A stretch of DNA of 55,314 nucleotides from a virus, in IMG/VR virus record IMGVR_UViG_3300045988_177721, positions 1 to 55,314 of that record. One strand, written 5' to 3'. Shown piece by piece: positions 44,586 to 54,521 of the stretch (its first letter is position 1; every line of letters starts with the position of its first letter). The notes below the pieces were generated by a model that made no database searches, was not told where the DNA came from, and saw only the letters and a program-made list of their open reading frames with translations. The translations under genes were made by a program, and so were the position numbers.

Positions 44586-45731
44586 TTAAATTACTTCACC
44601 GTTAATAACTACTTTACGTATGCCATAACTATCTGCTAAAATTACATAAATATAAGGAGCTTTATGTTCTTGTTTATCTTCATCTGTTAATGATGATAAA
44701 GGTAATATTGTAATTTTAAATCCTTGTGTTAATGCAGTACCTTGAGTTATTAAAGTATATGTTTTATTATTATAACTTAAAGTTAAATCTGGGTTTGTCC
44801 AATATTTCTCAGTTGTTAAATAACCACATGTGATGTATCTATTTAATTCTTGAGAGATTGAACTATATAAAGCAGTTATTGCTGAATTTCCTTTTATTTT
44901 TTGACTTAATGTATTGAATACACGTTGTGATAAAGTTTGATGTAATACAATTAATGAAAATTTATTTACTAAATCTTCACCAGATGTTAGATTACCACCA
45001 ACATTTCTAACACTATTTGCAATTTCAATTGTTATGTTTGCATTATTACTTAATACATCTTTTACTATTGCGTTTAAATTATCTGGATAACCAGTAACAT
45101 CTAATGATTCTTTTGTATATGCATAATCTTGAACTGTATTAATTCCATAGAAATCAATTCTACTTAAATATGCACCAATTGTCATTTCACATCCAGTTTG
45201 TTTTGTTAAATCCCCAACTTTTAATGCAAAATTATCAACGGATGGGTTAGCATATTTTGCTGTATTTCCTGTGAATTCAGTATATCCGATTGCGCCTAAA
45301 AATAATTTTTGAGCAACACCATAACTAGTTGTTTGAGCATTATATTTTTGAGCTAACACTAATGCAACTTCAGCAGAAGCTCCAACTTTTGCAGTATCAC
45401 ATAATCCAATTACTATTTCTTCTTCAGCTAAATTATTAACCAAAGGTAAAATAACTGTGTCAGTTATAGTTGCTGAATAAATTACTTTTAATTTAACCCC
45501 ACCAGCTTCGAAGTAAACTTTAGCATATTTATATCCAACACTTGAATCTAAATTAGATGCTCCAACTTTTGCTTCAACTTCTGATAATGAAGAAAACACA
45601 GCAGAACCGCTTGCGATTAACTTACTATCATTTGTAAACAACACTGTTGTTTCTCTTGTGCTAGTAATAGAAGCAACCGTTTTCGATTTTATGTTAATAT
45701 CAACGAAATTCCTAATATCTACTAACGACAT
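44586..45731 (-). CDS. Tail-sheath-like or major tail protein (by size and position)
   Basis: 381 aa with RBS AGGAGGAAA. It follows four small connector-type ORFs. Not motif-verified. Confidence 0.4.
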   Translation of the reverse strand: MSLVDIRNFVDINIKSKTVASITSTRETTVLFTNDSKLIASGSAVFSSLSEVEAKVGASNLDSSVGYKYAKVYFEAGGVKLKVIYSATITDTVILPLVNNLAEEEIVIGLCDTAKVGASAEVALVLAQKYNAQTTSYGVAQKLFLGAIGYTEFTGNTAKYANPSVDNFALKVGDLTKQTGCEMTIGAYLSRIDFYGINTVQDYAYTKESLDVTGYPDNLNAIVKDVLSNNANITIEIANSVRNVGGNLTSGEDLVNKFSLIVLHQTLSQRVFNTLSQKIKGNSAITALYSSISQELNRYITCGYLTTEKYWTNPDLTLSYNNKTYTLITQGTALTQGFKITILPLSSLTDEDKQEHKAPYIYVILADSYGIRKVVINGEVI

Positions 45732-45748
45732 TTTAATTTCCTCCTATT

Positions 45749-46291
45749 TTAAATTTCTTTAAATTCAATATTATTAATTGTATCCATTTCGTAATCTTCT
45801 TCGACTTGTGATACAATTTGTCTACATGATATATTCAATGTTAAATCAGTTCTAATCCATAAAGTATTATTTATAAATTCTGTCATACTCTCTGGATTTG
45901 AAATTGAACATATATGTATTCCTTTAAAATCTAAATCATTCCTAACCTTAGAAGTTAATAATCTAGATTTTATGTTACTTGCTACATTATTTGAATTATT
46001 ACCATATATTAATACTTTAACATAAAATGATAAATAATTCGTTATACTTCCATCATTTTCAGTCATTGAAACATTATCTGTACTTGAAGGATTAAATACT
46101 TTTTCAAAAATTATAAATAAATCTGAAACATCATAACTTTCATATATTTTTCCTTCTATTAATTTCGATAAATCCTGACCTCGAATAGAGATAGCATTTA
46201 ACACCCTATTAGACGGAAGCTCTCCTTGAATCTCTAATATTTTTTTTATTTGCTTATCTATATCTAAAAAATTATTAATTGGATTAATCAT
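45749..46291 (-). CDS. Hypothetical head-tail connector or completion protein
   Basis: 180-aa ORF, coupled by a 4-nt overlap with the upstream gene. Confidence 0.5.
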   Translation of the reverse strand: MINPINNFLDIDKQIKKILEIQGELPSNRVLNAISIRGQDLSKLIEGKIYESYDVSDLFIIFEKVFNPSSTDNVSMTENDGSITNYLSFYVKVLIYGNNSNNVASNIKSRLLTSKVRNDLDFKGIHICSISNPESMTEFINNTLWIRTDLTLNISCRQIVSQVEEDYEMDTINNIEFKEI

Positions 46292-46710
46292 ACTAATATT
46301 TCTCCATTTAAATATTTAAGATATTCTTCTAAATCTTTATATTCTGTTAATTGAACCATTGTTAATGAACATTGTCGTACACCATATTCATCAAAATCTT
46401 CAACATCATTTACTCTTAAAAGTCGATTTTTATATAAGATGAAATCTCCAATTTTTATTCGAAATAATGATTTACAATAGAAATTATAAGTCATTTCTTC
46501 TCTATTTCCTTCCTTACTTTGATTTAATCTAACTCCTTGAGATTGTAAAGAACCTCGAATAACTTTATTAGTATATTCAAAAGTAAGTCTTCCATAGTCA
46601 TCAATATTTCTATCAGATTGAACTATCCAATCATAATTAAAAGCAAATTGTTCAATAGCATCATAGAAGAAAGTAGGGTCAACAACATGGTTTTGATAAA
46701 TTCTACTCAT
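46288..46710 (-). CDS. Hypothetical head-tail connector or completion protein
   Basis: 140-aa ORF. Confidence 0.5.
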   Translation of the reverse strand: MSRIYQNHVVDPTFFYDAIEQFAFNYDWIVQSDRNIDDYGRLTFEYTNKVIRGSLQSQGVRLNQSKEGNREEMTYNFYCKSLFRIKIGDFILYKNRLLRVNDVEDFDEYGVRQCSLTMVQLTEYKDLEEYLKYLNGEILV

Positions 46711-46720
46711 TTACTTTCTC

Positions 46721-47212
46721 CTAAAATTTATTATTTTGTTTCACAATAGGTCCTGAAGTAACAACCATAATTGAAGGAACAGCTTTAGTTTTAAGTAATG
46801 CCATTAAAGCAGCACCATAACTTGTTTGATTCCAAAATAATGCTTCATCTTCGCTTAGTACAGTTTTATCAATATCATAAGATTTACTAAATCCACCAAC
46901 ACTAGCTGATGATAAAACTCCTCTTATACTTCCTCCTCCAGCAATTCCTTGTAAACTATCACCAGAAGGAGCTTGTTCTTGATTAGCTATTAATGTTAAA
47001 TAATGAGCTAATGCATAACTCATTGCTAACTCCCAATCAGTTCCATATATTGATTTGAAGATTTTATTATTGACTAGAATATACAATTTGTTAAAATATT
47101 TTTGACCTTCTTCGGTTTCCATAAATGCTTTATATTGAGGCATCCAAAAAACAAAATCATCTACTGTAAATGAAGGATTTTTTCTATCCAAAGTAATTCC
47201 GATTATTGCCAT
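46721..47212 (-). CDS. Hypothetical head-tail connector or adaptor protein
   Basis: 163-aa ORF with RBS AAGGAGG. Confidence 0.5.
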   Translation of the reverse strand: MAIIGITLDRKNPSFTVDDFVFWMPQYKAFMETEEGQKYFNKLYILVNNKIFKSIYGTDWELAMSYALAHYLTLIANQEQAPSGDSLQGIAGGGSIRGVLSSASVGGFSKSYDIDKTVLSEDEALFWNQTSYGAALMALLKTKAVPSIMVVTSGPIVKQNNKF

Positions 47213-47237
47213 TTTTATTACCTCCTTATTTTAAAAA

Positions 47238-47624
47238 TTATTTTTTTTCTTTTAACCTAGTGAGTTGAAAAATTTTATCTTCATCCCATTTACAAACTGC
47301 TACACCAAAAGAACCATATAATTCTGTTTCAAAACCTTCTCTTCTCATAAGTCTTGTTACTGCACCTTTTGCTCCTGCTGATGTACAATTAATTTCTATT
47401 AAAGGTGTGTAAAAACATATTGTTTTACCAGTATTCCAAGTACCTTCCCGTATGCTCTCAAGTTTCCAGGTCATTTTAACATATGATATTTCATTTACAT
47501 TATTATCATACATTTTATGAGAAGATAAAATCTTATCAACTTCATTGAATATTTTATTTCTGTCAAAAAGTGTTATTTCTTCAACAACTCTATCTTTAAT
47601 TTTTTTAATAGTATATCTTTTCAT
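47238..47624 (-). CDS. Hypothetical head-associated protein
   Basis: 128-aa ORF downstream of the capsid-like gene. Confidence 0.5.
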   Translation of the reverse strand: MKRYTIKKIKDRVVEEITLFDRNKIFNEVDKILSSHKMYDNNVNEISYVKMTWKLESIREGTWNTGKTICFYTPLIEINCTSAGAKGAVTRLMRREGFETELYGSFGVAVCKWDEDKIFQLTRLKEKK

Positions 47625-47640
47625 AAAATTTTAAGTTCCT

Positions 47641-47688
47641 TTAAATAAAAATAGCTGATTAGACCGAGTAAATTCTCAATCTAATCAG
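47641..47688 (-). terminator. Intrinsic terminator or attenuator after the capsid-like gene (minus strand)
   Basis: 9-bp stem CTGATTAGA / TCTAATCAG with a 16-nt loop. On the minus strand it is followed by CUAUUUUUAUUU. Confidence 0.45.
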
Positions 47689-47707
47689 TCTAGAAAATTA
47701 ATTTGTA

Positions 47708-48820
47708 TTATTTTTGGAAGTCCCAATATGTTACAACTCCAAATTCAGTTGATTTAGTGTTGTATGGCAATTGAACTTCTGATACTTGACCAACGAATGC
47801 TGATGTATATGACATCTTATCAATGTTTGGCAATGTAATATAATGTTGCATTGGATATGGCATATCAATTCTTACAAATGATTTATCTTTCTTATAAGCA
47901 ACGATTCTACCATGACCACCTGTACCTAAAGTATCTAAAGCAGGTCTAGATTTGAATGTAACTTTGATGTTTCCATCACTTTCATCTGCTGCTAAGTTAT
48001 GTTCTTGTAAGAACTTTCTTAGTGTTGAAGTATATAATGCAGAGAATCTTGAAGTTAAATCGCTACCAACAAATGATGGAAGTAAGAATGTATCAGGTAA
48101 TACCGCAATATTCATATTTGATTGAACTAAATATGTTTCAAATACACCATTGAAGAATGATACAACTGCTTCGTCTGTCATTCCTTCAAAACCAGAATTA
48201 TCTGCAGTTGATGTACTATTATCAATTGTTGTTGCCATTACGTTAGGGCAATTAAATAAACCAGAACTTCCTTGAACACCAGTATAACTAACTTTTTGAA
48301 CAAATAAATCCCAACCAGCAACGATTGCGTTTTGGTAAATATCTTGAATTGATTTTTGAAGAGTGATTTTCTTCATTTTTTCTAATTCAATAAATCTTAA
48401 ATCGTATGCAACTTCAAATGTATAAACATTAACTCGTTTTTGATTTAAACCAGCATTAACACGTGGAATATAGTTAGCATTGTTTCCAACAACGTTTCTA
48501 AATTCATTCATAATACCAGCCCAATCAACTGTGTAATATGTTACATAATCAACGAATCCACCACCAACATCTACTGGGATATCTTCTTGATAAGTAACGA
48601 AGTATAATGGTTCATATAATTGTGTATGTAATTTTGATAAAGCTGTTGTTAAGAATGCAAAGTTAGCATCATGAACTTTAGTATCATTGATATATGCTTT
48701 AGCAACTCTTGGGCCATAAGTATCTTTTACTGAATATGTATGTCCTCTTTTACTTGCAGCAATTGAATCAGTAAAGAAATTTTTTTCAATTGTTGTAGGA
48801 CTAAATAAATTTTGATTCAT
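47708..48820 (-). CDS. Putative major capsid protein
   Basis: 370 aa with strong RBS AAGGAGG. It is preceded by an acidic scaffold-like gene and a small decoration-like gene, and followed by a hairpin terminator, all typical of a highly expressed major capsid gene. Family not verified. Confidence 0.5.
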   Translation of the reverse strand: MNQNLFSPTTIEKNFFTDSIAASKRGHTYSVKDTYGPRVAKAYINDTKVHDANFAFLTTALSKLHTQLYEPLYFVTYQEDIPVDVGGGFVDYVTYYTVDWAGIMNEFRNVVGNNANYIPRVNAGLNQKRVNVYTFEVAYDLRFIELEKMKKITLQKSIQDIYQNAIVAGWDLFVQKVSYTGVQGSSGLFNCPNVMATTIDNSTSTADNSGFEGMTDEAVVSFFNGVFETYLVQSNMNIAVLPDTFLLPSFVGSDLTSRFSALYTSTLRKFLQEHNLAADESDGNIKVTFKSRPALDTLGTGGHGRIVAYKKDKSFVRIDMPYPMQHYITLPNIDKMSYTSAFVGQVSEVQLPYNTKSTEFGVVTYWDFQK

Positions 48821-48837
48821 ACTTTACTTCCTCCTTA

Positions 48838-49329
48838 TTATTTAACAAGAATTTCAGCTAAAATTGTATCTCCGTGTTTTTCATAAACACCTGTGTAAAC
48901 AACATTTGGTAATTCAACAACAGTTGCTGATGTTTTATCAGAAGTAGTTAATGTACCATTTGTTAAATCTACATAAACTTTAGCGTTTGCTTTAATATTT
49001 GCAAGAGTAGCATCTGATTTTACTTCAATTGCCATAAAACCATTAACAAGTAAGTTAAATGCTTCACTTGGATATGTATATACTTTTTCTGAATTCCATT
49101 CTTGTAATTTAACATTTGTTGCAAGAACAAAACCAGCAATCTTATCAACTGTAACTTGAGCTGTAATAGCTTCATAATAACCAGGATTAGCATCACTGTA
49201 TTTAACTAATTGACCAAATTCAATAGGTGTATTCCCTGCTAGTGTAGCACCTGCTACATTGTATTTGTCTGAAACAGTAGGATAACCTTTTTTCAACATT
49301 GGAATTCCACTTTTACCAATAATTAACAT
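48838..49329 (-). CDS. Hypothetical head protein (decoration- or capsid-associated)
   Basis: ORF track 48838..49374. The likely start is 49329 (MLIIGKSG), after RBS GGAGGTAAATAAT. Confidence 0.5.
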   Translation of the reverse strand: MLIIGKSGIPMLKKGYPTVSDKYNVAGATLAGNTPIEFGQLVKYSDANPGYYEAITAQVTVDKIAGFVLATNVKLQEWNSEKVYTYPSEAFNLLVNGFMAIEVKSDATLANIKANAKVYVDLTNGTLTTSDKTSATVVELPNVVYTGVYEKHGDTILAEILVK

Positions 49330-49330
49330 A

Positions 49331-49759
49331 TTATTTACCTCCATATCTCTTAGACCATGCAGAAGAAATTTCATCTTCTTCTAAAGAGTCTTCAATAATT
49401 TTTGTTTTTTGAATTGAACCGTAAGATTTTTTAGAATCTTTTCCTTTTTTCTTTTCAACTTTTTCATCAGTATCAACAATTTCTTCTTCAACTTCTTCTT
49501 CGTCTTCATCTTCATCCATATCTTCACCATCGATTTCTTCATCAATTTCTTCTGAAGTTTCTTCTGGTTTATTAAGTAAAGCTAAAAGAGAAGGAGCTGC
49601 TTTTGCTAATTCTTTTAAACTAGCAATTTCTTCAGAAGTTAAAACCGCAACTTCATCGTCTTCAGCCTTAGCTTTAGTCTCTTCTACGATTTCATCTTCA
49701 TCTTCTAATTCAGTGATTTCATAAGTTTCATCACCATCATTAATTCTGAATTTCTTCAT
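49331..49759 (-). CDS. Acidic scaffolding-like protein
   Basis: 142 aa that is extremely D/E-rich (EEIDEEIDGEDMDEDEDEEEVEEEIVDTDE), immediately upstream of the capsid-like genes. Confidence 0.5.
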   Translation of the reverse strand: MKKFRINDGDETYEITELEDEDEIVEETKAKAEDDEVAVLTSEEIASLKELAKAAPSLLALLNKPEETSEEIDEEIDGEDMDEDEDEEEVEEEIVDTDEKVEKKKGKDSKKSYGSIQKTKIIEDSLEEDEISSAWSKRYGGK

Positions 49760-49797
49760 AAGATTTTTTCTCCTTTTTTTAATATTTTTTCTTTTAC

Positions 49798-49817
49798 AAG
49801 TATATTATATAATCAAA
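49798..49817 (-). promoter_or_regulatory. Candidate late promoter motif TTTGATTATATAAT (minus strand), about 45 nt upstream of the scaffold-like gene
   Basis: Same 14-mer and same spacing to the ATG as the motif at 3911-3924. Confidence 0.3.
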
Positions 49818-49841
49818 CTTAAAAATTATATAATCATTATT

Positions 49842-50306
49842 TTAATTTTTTATACACAATTTACAAGTTATACTTCTTGCCAATTGACCTGTATCAAATA
49901 AAGGGTGATTTCCTTTTTTTCGTTTTGCTACTCGAGGTGAGTTAGGGGCTAAGGTTCCATCATTATCATATATTATTTCTCTAGCGTGATTTTCCATTCG
50001 GATACACATTCTACTTAATTCTCTTTCTATTTCAACCTTACCCCAATTTTTTTCAAATACTCCCTCTATAATACTATCCAACACTCTCTTTATCAAATGT
50101 TGTTCTGTCCACATGATTGTTAAATCTAATACTGGACGAGCAGGTATATTTTTAATAGGAGAACCATTTTCATGAATTTGCATTAATTCTGCATTCGTTA
50201 TTCCATAAGAAACAGTTTCTTTTCGTCCAGTATCTTCAGATATTACTCCAATTTCAATTGAATACTTTGAAAGAGACTCTATTAATTCACTTTCTTTTTC
50301 AAACAT
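49842..50306 (-). CDS. Hypothetical morphogenesis protein
   Basis: 154-aa ORF directly after the holin-like gene. The C-terminal APNSPRVAKRKKGNHPLFDTGQL resembles virion-morphogenesis-type proteins. Not verified. Confidence 0.5.
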   Translation of the reverse strand: MFEKESELIESLSKYSIEIGVISEDTGRKETVSYGITNAELMQIHENGSPIKNIPARPVLDLTIMWTEQHLIKRVLDSIIEGVFEKNWGKVEIERELSRMCIRMENHAREIIYDNDGTLAPNSPRVAKRKKGNHPLFDTGQLARSITCKLCIKN

Positions 50307-50308
50307 AA

Positions 50309-50617
50309 CTATTTTTTAGCAATAATATTATAATTTTCAATAATCTTGTTAACTAATTTACATATTAATTTATAAAGCATCTCATAAGGTATTCCTAATT
50401 CAGCACATTTAATTCTTACTGCCTCTAAAACTAATTCTAATTTTTCTTGTCCATGACCTTCTGGAAATTTAGTTTCAGCCTCTTGAATTGCTTTTTTAAT
50501 TGTATCTGTTAGTTTTTCAATCCATTTATTTTTAATTGCTTTACAAATATAATAAATAGCTAAACCTAAAATAATTAATGCTAATGCAACAATTTGAATT
50601 ATTTCTAATTTATTCAT
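50309..50617 (-). CDS. Putative holin (LL-H/phiLC3-type: single N-terminal TM plus hydrophilic helical C-terminus)
   Basis: N-terminal TM IIQIVALALIILGLAIYYI, then GQEKLELVLEAVRIKCAELGIPYEMLYKLICKLVN, which resembles the Holin_LLH family pattern. 102 aa. Confidence 0.45.
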   Translation of the reverse strand: MNKLEIIQIVALALIILGLAIYYICKAIKNKWIEKLTDTIKKAIQEAETKFPEGHGQEKLELVLEAVRIKCAELGIPYEMLYKLICKLVNKIIENYNIIAKK

Positions 50618-50710
50618 CTTTTATTCCTCCTTTTTAAGTAAAAATATAAATAAACGATAATAATTTTATTTTTCTTTCATCTATAAACTCTGATTTTATT
50701 TTAATCATAC

Positions 50711-51835
50711 TTACTCATTCGGGTTGGCTTCGATATAATTAGCAAAATTTACCCAATTTGCAGCTGTTTTATAGGCTTCTACACTTGCACTTGGAACGTA
50801 AATTTTATTTAACATAATATTATCAAATGTAGTCCTTGCAATTGTTGGTGGTGTAGTTGATTTAAATGTAATTGTCGCTTTATTTGTACTTGAACCAATT
50901 TGCAAAGCATATTCTTTAATGTTTGCAACACTTGCTGGTATAGTTAAATTTATTAAACTAGTACAACCAAGAAAAGCATAAGGACCAATTAAAGTAATGT
51001 TATTTGGTAATTCAATATTTGTTAAGGCTTCACACCCGTTGAAAATATTTTGTGCTTTTAATATATCACCACAATTAATAAAATTAACAGTTTTTAAGTT
51101 TTTGCAATTATAAAAAACACCTTCATCAATTTTACTAACATTACTTAGAGTTAAAGATTCAAACCCCGTATTATTAAATGAGAATTCTCCATAAACAATG
51201 GAAGTATCATATCCGTTTATACAAACAAGTTCTTTTAACCTAGCTAAATTCGTAAAACAGCGGCTACGAAAACCAGTTATAGGCTTAGTTGAATTAAGAA
51301 CAATTTTTTCTAATTTACCTAAATATGGGGCCGGATAGTTTTCATTTAATTCATTTGAAGTAATTCCAAGTATTCCTTTTATTACATTATTACCAACTAA
51401 ATCATCAAACATGTCTTTTATAGTTGCTGTGTGAGGATAGCCGTCACTATCATAATTACTAAATATAACACCTTTTGCAGGTTCGGGGGTTTGAGAAACG
51501 TTTGTTGTTATGCTAACTTTACTTAAAACTTTTCCTGTATCAGGCGTAACGGTAGTTGTTCCGTTTTCAGTTATTTCGATAGTTTTTTCTTGCTGTGGAA
51601 TACTAGGAATATTTGTTGTAACCACTACCTCCTTCAATACTTTGCCATTATCCGGACGTATTGTCGTAACCTTATTTTCAGTTATATCTAAACTCTTGCT
51701 TTGTTCTTCTTTACCTGGAACGTTTACACTTGCTTTTGCATAATTTAAAACATCATACTCTCCATTTTGAACGATTGATAAAGTATCTGTAGGCAAATCA
51801 GCCTTTATAACAACTGAGTTAGTTTTTCCATACAT
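50711..51835 (-). CDS. BspA-type leucine-rich-repeat (LRR_5) protein, candidate receptor-binding or tail fibre component
   Basis: C-terminal repeats VFYNCKNLKTVNFINCGDILKAQNIFNGCEALTNIELPNNITLIGPYAFLGCTSLINLTIPASVANIKEYAL match the BspA-like LRR consensus (F..C..L..i.iP.sVt.IG..aF..C.sL). Its start is 1 nt after the stop of the 588-aa gene. Confidence 0.65.
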   Translation of the reverse strand: MYGKTNSVVIKADLPTDTLSIVQNGEYDVLNYAKASVNVPGKEEQSKSLDITENKVTTIRPDNGKVLKEVVVTTNIPSIPQQEKTIEITENGTTTVTPDTGKVLSKVSITTNVSQTPEPAKGVIFSNYDSDGYPHTATIKDMFDDLVGNNVIKGILGITSNELNENYPAPYLGKLEKIVLNSTKPITGFRSRCFTNLARLKELVCINGYDTSIVYGEFSFNNTGFESLTLSNVSKIDEGVFYNCKNLKTVNFINCGDILKAQNIFNGCEALTNIELPNNITLIGPYAFLGCTSLINLTIPASVANIKEYALQIGSSTNKATITFKSTTPPTIARTTFDNIMLNKIYVPSASVEAYKTAANWVNFANYIEANPNE

Positions 51836-51836
51836 G

Positions 51837-53603
51837 TTAATCTAAACCCCCTTCTTTAAATATTATTAAACTTAATACAGTAGGGGGATTATTAATCTTA
51901 CCCCATAAATAAACCACTCCTGATGCACATTCTGTAATAGGAGCATAATTTCCACTAGTTGCATCATCTACAGATAATACAACATCTGCTCTGCACTTTT
52001 GTGTAACTCCTTCAATAGTATAAGTGTACTTATAAGGATAAGAAGAATATGTTGTATCAGTAGCAATGGTTGGAGATGTAGTAAAACCAGATGTAATATC
52101 AAAGGTATTATAAGGATATGTAATAGGTACACCTGATATTTGTGTTAACTTTTTTAAATTAATTACAAAATAACCGTTAAAATAATGAAGAAGAAGATTT
52201 AGAGTAACTGCTTGACTATATATCAAACCTTCCTTATTACTTTCATTTATAAAAACAAAACCAGAAGAGAAAGAAAGATTTAAGGAAACGGTTCCATATT
52301 TAATAATTAAATTAGCTTCATAATTTTTTAATTTATTAAATTCTTCCTCAGTTAAAGGAGTTTTAAATATCAAATCTCCTCCTGTATTTTTAAAATTACT
52401 AATACTTTCTTCAGTAACTTCTTTCACTATAGTTTCTTTACTATCACCAGAACCTCCATCTCCTTGTATAAATTCTTTTCCTGTGTAGAAATAGAAATTA
52501 AATACTTTTTGTGAGTAATCTGAATCCATAACAGCATTTATAGGTTCGTTTTGTAAATCTGGTAAAGATTCGTTTGAATATTTTGGATTTATGTTACATT
52601 GCTTTAAAAAGTCTCTACTGCGTTGAGCTAGATCGGCTTCTCCTTCAACTACTACTTTATAATCATTACTTAATATATATTTTCCCAATTCCTCAACTGA
52701 GTCAAACTCTTTATATAATTCAAAAATTGTTGTTTCCGCGTCACCTTCAATTTGTTTAAACGATATATCAATTATGTATTTATTATTTTCAGCCAAAATT
52801 TTAAATTTTTGAGTTAAATTACCTTCATTATTAATAACATCTACTGAGCCAAAAAATCCAGTTAAAATAGAATACATAACATAAATTGTTGCTTCATCTT
52901 CACTTATACTTGATGGAACATCATCTTTAATTAAATTATATATTTGATTAACTCTTTCTTCTACATCTGAGAAATTTGTTAAATGTTCGAATTCATTTCC
53001 ATAAACAAAAGTTTTATTAATATTTAATAAAGTACTATTTTTTGTATCTAAAACTTTATAAATACTATTAGTTCTTAAAGGAATATCTGAAGATAGGTAA
53101 TAAATAAAATATGAACCTCCATCTCCTTTAATTCCGAAATCTTCAAAATTTAATTCGATATCCTTAGTTCCAATTTGAGATTTATCATCTCCAATATATA
53201 CAACCTTAAATATTTCAACCCCAGTATCTGTCATATCCACCCATGATTTTGAGCTTGATATCCAACTATATATTTTTTTAGTTTCTATAACAAACCAGAA
53301 ATCATGAATTTCTCCTTCTTCAGGAGCTTTGGGCAAATCACTATACATTCGAACAACATGTGTTGGATAGTCTAATGTATCTTTTGTTAATTTAGAAATA
53401 TCCATAGGATTTGTAAATTTTCTTTCAGGAAATTCCACTTGCATACTGCTGTACATAGCTTGCATATAATCATTCATCACTCCTGAAAAATAAACGTTTA
53501 CTTTATATTCAATTTTAGGTAATTTTTTTAATTCTTGTGCATAGTAGTAATCTTGCAAAGGACCATTCATTCTTTGATAAGTTTTAATAAATCTATTCGT
53601 CAT
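51837..53603 (-). CDS. Putative tail fibre or adsorption-apparatus protein
   Basis: 588-aa ORF translationally coupled to the LRR gene. Beta-rich. Confidence 0.5.
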   Translation of the reverse strand: MTNRFIKTYQRMNGPLQDYYYAQELKKLPKIEYKVNVYFSGVMNDYMQAMYSSMQVEFPERKFTNPMDISKLTKDTLDYPTHVVRMYSDLPKAPEEGEIHDFWFVIETKKIYSWISSSKSWVDMTDTGVEIFKVVYIGDDKSQIGTKDIELNFEDFGIKGDGGSYFIYYLSSDIPLRTNSIYKVLDTKNSTLLNINKTFVYGNEFEHLTNFSDVEERVNQIYNLIKDDVPSSISEDEATIYVMYSILTGFFGSVDVINNEGNLTQKFKILAENNKYIIDISFKQIEGDAETTIFELYKEFDSVEELGKYILSNDYKVVVEGEADLAQRSRDFLKQCNINPKYSNESLPDLQNEPINAVMDSDYSQKVFNFYFYTGKEFIQGDGGSGDSKETIVKEVTEESISNFKNTGGDLIFKTPLTEEEFNKLKNYEANLIIKYGTVSLNLSFSSGFVFINESNKEGLIYSQAVTLNLLLHYFNGYFVINLKKLTQISGVPITYPYNTFDITSGFTTSPTIATDTTYSSYPYKYTYTIEGVTQKCRADVVLSVDDATSGNYAPITECASGVVYLWGKINNPPTVLSLIIFKEGGLD

Positions 53604-53826
53604 CTTCTACCCTCTCCTTTACTTTTATATTTTTAAAAAATCTATTTATCATATTTAATTCCTTCTTTCATACAAATAAATATAATAGAATATATAATAT
53701 AATAATTTCAGAAATTAAAGGTAATATATTAATTTTTCTATCATCAATAAATTCTGAAATTATGTTAATAAAATTAGTTATAATATCTACCGATATTAAT
53801 ATTGTTATTAAGATAATAACCATAAA

Positions 53827-54189
53827 TTAATTTACAAACCGATGATGTTTTTCTAAATCGTCTAATCTTTTTTCAACTTTATCTAATCTAGCATCAGTTC
53901 GATTTAAATGTTCAGTAATTTTAGCAATGTTCTCTCCAGCTTTATTTTGAATTTTTTCAATGACATCTAATCTTGTACCAATTCTATCTATCCCATCTCT
54001 GGTATATTTCAAATCAATTTTAATCGTTGCTAAGTCTACTGCATTTGTTAATTTTTCTTGTGAATTAGATTTTGATTCATCCTTGATATCTTTCTTTTGA
54101 TTTCTACTAAATGCTAAATAGGCAAATGAAATTGAACTAATTGTACCAACTAATGAAATAAAAGATAGTATAATTTCTAATACATTCAT
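53827..54189 (-). CDS. Small membrane-anchored coiled-coil protein (holin or XhlA-like accessory?)
   Basis: N-terminal TM ILSFISLVGTISSISFAYLAF followed by a coiled coil. RBS AGGAGG. Confidence 0.45.
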   Translation of the reverse strand: MNVLEIILSFISLVGTISSISFAYLAFSRNQKKDIKDESKSNSQEKLTNAVDLATIKIDLKYTRDGIDRIGTRLDVIEKIQNKAGENIAKITEHLNRTDARLDKVEKRLDDLEKHHRFVN

Positions 54190-54223
54190 TTTAGATTCCT
54201 CCTAGTTTTTAATATAATTTACC

Positions 54224-54521
54224 TTAAAACCAATCATAGAAAATAGAATCTACAAATGTTTTGTTTGTTATATTTATTGTCTTATAGGCATTAGCCCATG
54301 ACTTATTTAAATAAGAATATGCAGGAATTTCTTCAGAGTCGTTTACATAATATACATAAGTTGAGGTTATTTTAATTTTTGTAAAATTAACATTATTTGA
54401 TGTGAAAGGTAGGTTAACTGTTAAAGAATCATTAAGAGAGGTTAAATTAGGATTTCCTGCATATTTTCCAGTAGCAATATACTATTATTATTATATTTTT
54501 ATTATTAATTGTAAACGACAT
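54224..54521 (-). pseudogene. Frameshifted ORF (24-codon ATG-initiated frame plus an 84-codon Met-less +1 frame) in an otherwise non-coding 430-bp gap
   Basis: Minus strand: RBS GAGGT, then ATG at 54521, MSFTINNKNIIIIVYCYWKICRKS*. The +1 frame is open from just after this start to a TAA at 54224-54226, giving YIATGKYAGNPNLTSLNDSLTVNLPFTSNN...DSIFYDWF* with no Met. The switch window contains a GGAAAAT run. Confidence 0.3.

Noticed and set aside
42250-52759. ORFs 42250-42441 (+), 42424-42621 (-), 51510-51743 (+) and 52574-52759 (+)
   Set aside because: They are alternative-frame or antisense ORFs inside the SNF2, LRR and fibre genes.
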